A DNA stretch of 64,000 bases from Eledone cirrhosa (lineage: Eukaryota): positions 387,810,001 through 387,874,000 of the forward strand of contig OZ024741.1 of assembly GCA_964016885.1 (NCBI GenBank), written 5' to 3'. The first letter of the stretch is position 1; every line of letters starts with the position of its first letter. The notes under the pieces were generated by a model. That model saw only the letters and a list, made by a program, of their open reading frames with translations, searched no databases and was not told the DNA's origin. Both the position numbers and the translations under genes were made by a program. Shown here piece after piece: positions 11,652 through 22,000 of this stretch.

Positions 11652-13465
11652 CATCATCATCATCATCATCATCAACGTTTAACGTCCGTGTTCCACGCTT
11701 GCATGGGTTTGGACGGGGGTTTTCCCACTTGAGGCAAGAGTGATTGTCTTGCTCGCATAGGACTGTCTGGCAGGTTTTCTACAGTTGGATGCCCTTCCTA
11801 ACACCAACCACATTTACAGTGTGGGTCTGGGAGGTTTTTACCGTGTTGCCTACACGGCCACATTACAGCGTGGACTGTGTGTTTTTTTGTCGTGACACCT
11901 ACACTATCTCATTTGTTTCGGCCTGGATGGTGTGGCACCAACATAACTTTACATAGAAGGGGGGGGGGGGGGTATTTTGTTAGAGATGCCTACTGATTGT
12001 AGTAGGTTTTACTATGTATTTAGGTAAGGCGGGTCTTCTCTATTACTGAGTACCGCCAAAGGTCTCGGTCCAGTGACATTGTCTTGGAGAGGTGTAAGTG
12101 TGTGAGGTCGGAGTTTATCAGCTCGTCCCAGGTTTTTCTAGGTCTGCCTATTCCGTGGCTACCGTCTATCTTTATTGCCCTGCACTTTGTTATACAGCTA
12201 TCGACTTTCATGCGCATCACGTGTCCATACCAACGTAGCCTTCTCTCGAGTAAACAAAATCTGATGCCTCTTATTTCTAATTTTTTCCTTAGTTCGTTTA
12301 TGCTTTGCCGTTCACGTATATTACTATTACACATCCAGCGGAGCATGCAAGCTTCGTTCCTCTCTAGTCTGCGTATATCCTCTGCACACAATGCCCAGGT
12401 CTCACTGCCATGCAACATTGCTGTTCGTATGCAGGCATCATACAACCTGCCTTTCATTTTTAGGGAGAACCCTTTAGCGGCTAATAGTGGTATAAGCTCT
12501 CTGAACTTTTTCCATCCAGTTCTGACTCTAGCTACTGTTCTTTCAGAGCACCCTCCCCCACTGCTGATTTTGTCACCCAGGTAACGGAAGCTGTCCACTA
12601 TTTCTATAGAGCCCTCTGCGCAGTTGTAAGAGCTAGTATTTTGTGGGCACTTGCTGCTACTTATTGCACCAGAGCACCGGCCACATGTAAAATCTATGTT
12701 CTTAGTTAGCTTACCTGTGATCCCACTACATCTTTTATGCACCCATACTTTGCATTTGGGACATAAAATGGAGTTTCTACCTACGCCTTTCCTACACACT
12801 GAGCATGGCCATTTCCCGGAAGGGACCGCCGCCTTATTTTCTTTCCTACAAACTAGAACTTTAGTCTTAGCCAGGTTAATTTTAAGGCCTTTTGATTCTA
12901 GGCCGTGCTTCCATGTTTGGAATTTCTTCTCTAGCTCGGCCATTGATTCAGCTATGAGTGTTAGGTCGTCTGCGTATAGGAGTTCCCATGGGCAGCCGGT
13001 CTTGAACTCCTGAAGGGCAATAATATATAGTAGGGGGCTGAGAACAGAGCCCTAATGGACGCCAACTTTTACGCTAAACTCTTCACTATATTCGTTGTTA
13101 ATTCTAACCTTGCTGACTGTTTCTTTATACATGGCTTGTATAGCTCTCACAAGCCATTCGTCGACACCTAGTTTTCTAAGGGCCCACCAGATAATGGAAC
13201 GGGGGACTCTGTCGAAGGCTTTCTCCAAGTCGACAAAAGCTAAGTAGAGGGGTTTACTTTTAGCTAGGTACTTCTCCTGTAGTTGTCGTACAATGAAAAG
13301 AGCGTCTGTGGTACTTTTGCCTGACACAAACCCGAACTGCATTTCATCTAGGTCAATTCTCTCTCTGATTAGTTGCGCTATTACTTTTTCCGTGACCTTC
13401 ATGACCTGGTCGATTAATTTAATGCCTCTATAGTTACTCCTATCTAGGGCATCTCCTTTACCCAT
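11652..13465 (-). mobile_element. 5'-truncated RTE-clade LINE: RT domain, PHD-like finger, 3' UTR and (ATG)n tail
   Basis: ORFs 13052..13486 and 12020..12943 are one reading frame split by a single TAG (13052-13054): NYRGIKL, FVDLEKAFDRV, GVH*GSVLSPLL, LLYADD, FRYLG, RLRWYGHV, GRPRKTW. The 3' UTR ends in the (CAT)n run at ~11652-11673. Confidence 0.95.
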
Positions 13466-14429
13466 GATGGCAATATCACTGAACATGTTTAATTTTTGAA
13501 GTTCAGGATTGGTATGCCATACATATCAAGATTTCTAGATATATACAAACTGTAAAATTTGCACTTGGATAAATTAATGGTTTGCATAAAAGAAACCTTA
13601 TAGTTTGTTTATTACTGATTAAAGATAAGAATGATATTTTAAGGATATAGTTACACAAATGGTCTGTATATATGTATAATTGACATACAGAGATAAATAA
13701 ATGAGTAATTTAGGAGCAATAACAATTTACAGCGACACACATAGGGTTAGAAACCAGGATCTTGTGATTGAGAAGCAATTTTTTTCATTGTAACCACATG
13801 ACACAAATAGGAAATGTATTGAGATGTTAATTTCAAAGAATTACAGGAGAATAATTCCTCTCTATATATATTTTTAATTTTGTATAGAAATGTCTATATT
13901 GTACCAATGTATTGAATACCTTTTTCAACTGTGGTTACCCCCCCCCCCCTCCCCAACACAACTCAGGAATATACATATTATATATGTATATACATAGAGT
14001 ACTCTGGTGCGTTATGGTCCACCTGGTTCCTTACCACACTTCCTTCGTTATATATATATATATATAGTATGAAAAAACGAAAAATCAGTGATGCATCTGA
14101 ACCCAGTTTATTGTGTGTTACAATTGTTTCGCTGGCAGGTAGCTCGAGACATGATCACTGTATGGATCTGGCTGATTCTACGGCTGCAGGTTGCTTCGAA
14201 CACGGGTAGTTCGTTCAGAGCAAATTTTCTCACTGGGGTGTTATCATCAAAAGAACACCTTCAAAAAAACATCTTCCACTCCTGTCATGCCATTGGCTGT
14301 TCCCATTCCACGTCATCTTAAGTTCTGGTCACTATTTACTGCTACACGGGTCATCAGCCATTTTCCATCCGACACACTTCAATGGAGTCATGCTGGGTTC
14401 GGTATCTCACGTCTGTTCACACTCCAGAG

Positions 14430-15260
<831 letters not shown>

Positions 15261-15261
15261 C

Positions 15262-15603
15262 GAGGCACATGCCTTAGTGGTTAGAGCATTGGCCTTGCAA
15301 TTGAAAGGTTGTGAGTTCAATTCTCAGACCGGGTGATGTGTTGTTTCCTTGAGCAAGACACTTTATTTCATATTGCTCCAGTTTACTCAGCTGTAGAAAT
15401 GAGATGACAGGGACTGGGGTCCATATCCTTCCACTGCAAAGTGGTCATGGAGGTGCCACAGCAAAAAAGCACACAGCACTCACTGTAAATGAGGTTGGTG
15501 TTAGGAAGGGCATCCAGCTGTAGAAATCAAGCCAGAATCAGTTCCCGTCCCACCCTTGCAAGCAGGGAAAAAGCGGATGTAAAATGAAATGATGAATGAT
15601 GAT
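15262..15603 (+). mobile_element. SINE family A copy
   Basis: Near-identical to 9470-9834 and 17125-17512 across head, core and tail. Confidence 0.85.
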
Positions 15604-15639
15604 ATATGGATATATACAATGGATATATGTTAAAGTAAT

Positions 15640-15832
15640 AATTGTTTCTACTTTAGGCACAAGGCCAGCAATTACCCAGTGCATTACTGGTACTTTATTT
15701 TATCGACCCCGTAAGGATGAAAGGCAAAGTCAACCTCGGCGGGATTTGAACTCAGATCATACAGGGAGGTAACTCTATGCTTCAAAGCATGACGTCCGAC
15801 CCTCTACCGATACTGCCAATCCACCGCCCTTA
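15640..15832 (-). mobile_element. SINE family B copy
   Basis: Reverse complement of 6643-6835 (CTGGTACTTTATTTTATCGACCCCGTAAGGATGAAAGGCAAAG...GGGATTTGAACTC). Confidence 0.8.
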
Positions 15833-15889
15833 ATAATAATAATAATACAATGTATATATAATCCATCCGTACACATTCCTGTGAGATGT

Positions 15890-16180
15890 ACACATACATA
15901 TACATACACACACAAATACACATACATATAGAGACCCACATATACATACATACGCACACACATTTATATACATATGCACCCACATACACACACATACTCA
16001 TATGCAGCTATACGTACATATATATACATACACTCAGCCACATATGTACATGCATGCACACACACGCTCATAAGCTTATTCATATACGTACACATGCATA
16101 CATACACACCCCCATATATATATATATCTCCACACACACACACACATACATATACCTACGCACAGGTCTACACATATAAA
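15890..16180. repeat. (CA)/(TA) microsatellite region
   Basis: Low-complexity dinucleotide runs. Confidence 0.85.
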
Positions 16181-16399
16181 CACAATAGGATAATAAAATA
16201 AAATAAATAAATTTACAATATTTTAAAATACATTAAAATCTGTATGTAACTTCACAAAGGGGTAAATAAGGGGGAGGGGGGAGAAGGTGTGTGTATCCAT
16301 GTGATATACTACAGAGAGGCAGTATGAGGTGCAAACTGAGGTCCATATATGTAACAATAACAACAGTAATAATAATTGTTCCAACGTGGAACATGTGGA

Positions 16400-17084
16400 G
16401 AGTATATAGTCACGAATGACGGGGTACACATTCAGAGGGGACGCTTGGCCCGGTCACCGAGGATTATGGCACCGTGGCTGGGGTGTGCTGTTCTATATGT
16501 TTGGGGTATCGGACGACCATGGACCCCATGTGGGCCGTTCCAGCCTAGGCGATGTATCTGCCCAATGTTGCGTGCTCGGTCAGGTGCGCACCTGGTTTAC
16601 TTATGTTTGCCACACGGGTTGCACAATGTCATCAGGGCATGGCGTCAGGTCCCTTAATCCTGTTGGGCCGTTTGGGTCTGTGCGTACCCGGTCCCATGCC
16701 CCTGGCCTGTGGCACCCGGAGGATTCCATGCTGTAAATGTGCATCTTCTCTGGTGCCTGCGGGTCATGATAATTTCAGACTTCAGGTTGACCACGTCATC
16801 TTTCAGTCTGACTATCTCCATGGCCCCGTGTAGGCATAATCGGCACTTTCTACTTCCAGCTGAATATGCCCTCGCATAGCGGACTATACTCCATTCCAGG
16901 GCGTACGGAGTGCCTTGGTCTTTCAGGTCCCACACCAGGTCCGCTAAACTAGTGGAGTGCCTTTTGCTACGGTCCCTGAAGGAATTTGTGTGATTATACA
17001 CCTGTGATTTAAAGGTTGTGGATGTTGTGCCGATGTAGGGCCGATGCGCATTTTGGGTTGTAACATATAAATATTTTGGGTTGG

Positions 17085-17085
<1 letters not shown>
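16400..17085 (-). mobile_element. Penelope-like element 3' fragment: GIY-YIG endonuclease C-terminal half plus GC-rich 3' region
   Basis: The frame of ORF 16654..17001 extends upstream to VTTQNAHRPYIGTTSTTFKSQVYNHTNSFR, then TSLADLVWDLK...WSIV...CRLCL...NLKSEI....H. The YIG motif and C-x2-C...H pattern match PLE endonucleases. Truncated at (TA)n. Confidence 0.85.
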
Positions 17086-17124
<39 letters not shown>

Positions 17125-17126
<2 letters not shown>

Positions 17127-17512
17127 AGGCACATGGCTTAGCGGTTAAAGCATTGGCCTTGCAATCAAAAGGCTATGAATTCAATTCTCAGACCAGGTGA
17201 TGTGTTGTTTCTTTGAGCAAGACACTTTATTTCACATTGCTCCAGTTTACTCAGCTGTAGAAATGAGATGATGGGACTGGGGTCTATATGATTCCACTGC
17301 AAAGTGGTCGTGGAGGTGCCACGGCAAAAAAGCACCCAGCCCACACTGTAAAGTGGACGTATAGGTGCCATGGAAAAAAAGCACCCAGCACTCACTGTAA
17401 ATGAGGTTGGTGTTAGGAAGGGCATCCAGCTTTAGAAATCAAGCCAGAATCGGTTCCCGTCCCACCCTTGCAAGCAGGGAAAAGCGGACGTAAAATGATG
17501 ATGATGATGATG
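17125..17512 (+). mobile_element. SINE family A copy with internal tail duplication
   Basis: Same head and core as 9470; AAAAGCACCCAGC...CACTGTAAA occurs twice; ends in (ATG)n. Confidence 0.85.
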
Positions 17513-17525
17513 TATATATATTTTT

Positions 17526-17649
17526 AAAAGAGGAAAAGAATGACTTCAATTGTAGTTCTAAACAATTTAATTTAATTTTGTAAAATTATATTATCAAATT
17601 AAATTAAATTGTTTAGAACTACAAGTGAAGTCATTCTTTTTCCTTTTTT
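17526..17649. repeat. Long inverted repeat (~52-55 bp arms, ~14-nt spacer)
   Basis: GGAAAAGAATGACTTCAATTGTAGTTCTAAACAATTTAATTTAATTT pairs with AAATTAAATTAAATTGTTTAGAACTACAAGTGAAGTCATTCTTTTTCC. Confidence 0.9.
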
Positions 17650-17682
17650 GAATATACCTAACTGTACCAAGAATTTCACACA

Positions 17683-17765
<83 letters not shown>

Positions 17766-17841
17766 CGAAGGAAATGTGGTAAGGAACCAGGTGGACCATA
17801 ACGCACCAAAGTACTCAATACTTAGGGTAGTAGAGTGGGTA

Positions 17842-17976
17842 ATAGGAACGAGTAGGACCCCGACGGCTGAACTCAAGCCGTTTCGACGGCTAATTCTGGA
17901 CTAAAAAATTTTTTTAGTCCAGAATTAGTCGTCGAAACGGCTTGAGCTCAGCCATCGGGGTCCTACTCGTTCCTAT
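17842..17976. repeat. 135-bp near-perfect palindrome
   Basis: 67-bp arms with 3 mismatches, centred on A6T7 at ~17909. Confidence 0.95.
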
Positions 17977-18061
17977 ATATATATATATATATGTGTGTAT
18001 ATATATATATATATGTGTATATATATATATGTGTGTATATATATATGTGTATATATATATA

Positions 18062-18114
<53 letters not shown>

Positions 18115-18116
<2 letters not shown>

Positions 18117-19413
18117 GCTACCACAACACATTTATGATGATCTTTTCGACTGGCTGAAATCCTTCATTCTCAGCCGAAAGGAAGTAGTCACGGTTCTAGG
18201 ACAGCATTCTTCACCATATGAGATGTCATCTGGTGTACCACAGGGATCTGTTCTTGGTCCTCTTTTGTTTGTGGCATATATTAATGACATAGATGCCAAC
18301 TTACAGAATGCCACGGTACTAAAATATGCAGATGACATCAAGCTGTACCTTGAAATCAAAAGGACTGATCCTGAAATTTACAACTCTTTCCTACAATCAG
18401 ACCTGGACACAATGCAGCAATGGATCACAGACTGGCAACTGAAGCTGGCTGTGGACAAGTGTACCACCATGCATTTTGGAAGGAAAAATCCAGCGTCCAC
18501 ATACTCCCTCCACAACACTGACATCAAAAAGTCCTCTTGTGAACGTGACCTGGGCATTACTGTCAGCAACGATTTGCGTTGGACAAAGCATGTCTCTAAG
18601 ATTGTCAAGAAGGCCGAGGGTGTCTTGGCATCACTCAGCAAGACCTTTGTTAGCCGCTCTCCAGCCATCTATTTAAAACTGTATACAGCTATGGTGCGAC
18701 CACACTTGGAATTCGCATCATCAGTCTGGAACCCCTATCTTGCTCGGAACATTGACCTCCTGGAAACTGTTCAGAGACGTGCAACCAAGCGCATACCCTC
18801 CATCAGACACCTACCATACTCTGAACGCCTTGCTTCCCTGGGCATGGATTCATTGAAGCTCCGACGTCTGGCAATGGACTTGGTGAATACCCACAAAGTT
18901 TTTAACCATCTCGCCAACTGCAACCCTGAGCGCCTCTTTGATCTCCATGTGTCTAACACACGTGGACATGCCTACAAGATAAGAAAACAGCACAGCTCCC
19001 ATGACTTTCGCAGACATTTTTTCACGCTCAGAGTTGCTGAAGCATGGAACAAACTACCTGCGTCAATTGTTAGCTGCCGAGACACTGCATCCTTTAAGAC
19101 ACTCATGCTTCCCGAAATACGCCAAAACTACACCTGATGTGCCCCTTCCATACACATGCACACATGTGTGCACTGTTCATTTTACTGATGTTTGTGCATT
19201 GCCCTATGTACTGTACATGCACTTTTTTGATGGGTTGTGGTGCACCTGGGCACTGTGCACAATATTTCATTATTGTTATTGTTATTATATCATGACTCAT
19301 ACACTGTTTATTTTCCTGACATTTGTACATTATTCTATGTACTATACATGCACCTTTGATGAGTTGTAGTGCACCTGAGCACTGTACACAATAATTTCAT
19401 TATTATTATTATT
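18115..19413 (+). mobile_element. 5'-truncated CR1-clade LINE: uninterrupted RT C-terminal frame plus duplicated 3' end with (ATT)n tail
   Basis: SGVPQGSVLGPLLF, YADDIKLY, ERDLG, RPHLEFASSVWNPY, LETVQRRATK, TRGH, FFTLRV..WNKLP. Stop at 19135-19137; starts directly after (TA)n. Confidence 0.93.
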
Positions 19414-19734
19414 TACTTTGTTATTCTCCTACCATGCTGACTCTGTCTCTGTCTATTTTTCCATCAAAGGCTACAGGCCATGACTGGCTATTATTATTAA
19501 TATTATTGTTGATGTATTCTATCGGCTACTTTGCCATGCGACGACCCTCTCTCTATGATGGCTACCCTCTCTCTATCTCTCTCTAAGCCACCCATTACCT
19601 CCCGTTCCCTCTTCACCCATTCCACCTCACTCATCTTGAAGCTACTGAAGAGATAAGACACTCTATTCTGAAAGGCTAAAATGAATCACTAGAGTTGATT
19701 TAGCTTCGTTCCAGTCATCCATTCATCCATCCAT

Positions 19735-20370
19735 CCATGTTGCATGGTAGTGAGACCTGGGTGGTGAAGGTGGAAGACTTACGTAGATTAGTGAAAAACG
19801 AAGCCTGCATGCTTCGATGGATGTGTAATAGTAATATACGCGAACGACAAAGCATAAATGAATTGAGAGAGAGACTGAGCATAAGAGGAATCAAATGTTG
19901 TGTGCAGGAGAGGCGGTTGCGTTGGTTTGGACATGTGATGCGTATGAAGGATGACAGCTGCATAAGAAGGTGCAGAGCACTAGAAGTCAATGTAAACCGC
20001 GGAGTGGTGAGACCCAAGATGACCTGAGATGAGGTGATAAAAGCCGACCTTACCCAATTACACCTCTCAAAGGCGATGACACACGACCGTGACCTCTGGC
20101 GTCACGCAGTAATACAGAGTACCCGACCTCCCATGGGTACAAGCTGAAGCATATAGACAATATGCCCCCACACCCTCCACTGCAAGGTGGTCGTGGAGGT
20201 GCCACAGCAAAAATGCACCCAGCCCACACTGTAAAGTGGACGTGTAGGCGCCACGAAAAAGCACCCAGCACTCACTGTAAATGACGTTGGTGTTAGGAAG
20301 GGCATCCAGCTGTAGAAATCAAGCCAAATCAGTTCCTGTATCAGACACTGCCCACAACAGACAACCCGTC
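19735..20370 (+). mobile_element. RTE LINE 3' fragment (same family as 11652-13465) with 3' UTR
   Basis: LHGSETW...EACMLRWMCNSNIRERQSINELR...ERRLRWFGHVMRM, followed by the GGTGTTAGGAAGGGCATCCAGCTG tail; cut off before the (ATG)n end. Confidence 0.9.
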
Positions 20371-21480
20371 TTTCTTCTCCAGGTTGGCCTCTGTTTCCAG
20401 GTTCGTCTAGTTCTGACTGTGAGGTCGCTGACAACTAAGCTATGTTGGGAGGTACATTCCTCACTAGGGAAGGCTTTTGTGTTTACGACTGTCCATCTGT
20501 CACGTCCTCTGATGAGGATAAAATCTATCTGACTAGAATGCTCCCCTGATATATAGGTGATTAAGTGGTTGTCGGGTTTTTTGAAGTTTGTGTTACATAT
20601 CGAGATGTCATGGGCGTCGCAGAATTCTGGAAGTCTGAATCCTTCCTCATTTCTTGTGCCAACCCCATGGCCTCCATTGAAGTCGGCACAGTGTTTACCT
20701 ACATGTCCGTTAAAATCTCCTGCGATGATTAGGAAGTCATTGTCGTTTGTTAGAGCAGTAGTGTGCATTAGGGACTCGTAAAACCTATCCTTAAGTTCGT
20801 CTGGCAACCCCGATTGGGGTGCATAAGCTGATATTATTGTGGTAATTGTTTTATTCAGGACTAGTCTGAGTTTAATGATTCTTGCATTTACCCTGTACAC
20901 TGAGATTACTTTATCTACCCACTTGTCAGCTAGTAGTATACCTACACCACCCATCCCATTGTCATTTCCCACCCAGAAAAATTTGTAGCACTGACTTTTT
21001 CCTACAAGGACTCTAGCAGACTCTCCTTTCCATCTAGTCTCTTGCACACAGCATACATCAATTTCCTTTCGCTCTAGCATCTCTATGATTTCTCTTGCTC
21101 TTCCTTTGATTGTGCTTACATTAATGGTACCAACTCGGAGTTTTGGGCATTTGTCAACATTCGTAGGGAAGGGTCGATTTTTGCAGGGGTGTGTGTGTGC
21201 TTCCTCTCTCTGAGTTGGAGCTTCACATGGGTGCCTGGTAGCTCGCGGATTCATATTCATTTTCATCTATTAATTCAGAGTTGCCCCATTTATTCTCAGC
21301 TCATCCATACATAACGGCAGGAAAATTCAGGGCTAGAAGAACAGTGGTGGTGGTAATAATGGCAGGGTGTGTTGGGCTGCGACGGGGGAGGAGAGAGTTA
21401 GGTAGTAGTAGAAATGGCAGGGTTTGTTGGGGTTGGTAGTGGGAGGGGGGCATGCAGAGGTTTGATTGGTCGGTAGCCAT
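20371..21480 (-). mobile_element. RTE LINE 5' portion: apurinic-like (APE) endonuclease domain and probable 5' UTR
   Basis: ORF 20319..21266: GTINV, VCCVQETRW, GGVGIL, ISAYAPQ, AGDFNGHVG, NTNFKK, SQIDFILI, SQHSLVV. The 5' boundary is approximate. Confidence 0.9.
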
Positions 21481-22000
21481 CATGGCCTGTAGCATCTCAT
21501 GGCAAAATAAACCGATAGGAGTAAATGACTTCGTAGAGACAGCGAAATGATAAATACAACAACACTAATAATAGTGTAAGAGAGAGGAAGAGAGTAGATG
21601 ACTTCGTAGAGAGACAGCAGGGGAAAAGAAAATGAAGGTAAAAATAAATAAATGCACTTTCTCCTTGATGATTGCCTCCAAGAATAGTGACCCCTAGGAG
21701 ATGGTTCATCATCCTCCTGGCTGTATGGTGTGTGCCATTTCATAGAAGTAGTGGGTCCACGTTTCTCAAAAGGATGGTGGAATTCCAGTATTTTATAGTA
21801 GATATAGATATATAGATGTAGATAATTGTATATAAGTGTGTGTGTTTGTATGAATCTATGTCTGTGTTTTTTTTTCTAAGTTTGTTTGAGTGTATGTGGC
21901 AGTTAATATTGGGTTATATTTGGTTAATTAACACTGCATACAAAAACATCTCATGAAAAATAAAAATTGATTTCACGAAATACTATATTGGCAATTTTCA

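Noticed and set aside
12084-13013. Plus-strand ORFs over the LINEs (also 18132-18959 minus and 20281-20781 plus)
   Set aside because: Antisense shadows of LINE coding sequence.
17995-18114. N-terminus of the 380-aa ORF
   Set aside because: It is (TA)n read-through; the real LINE sequence starts at ~18115 and is 5'-truncated, so this is not a complete gene.
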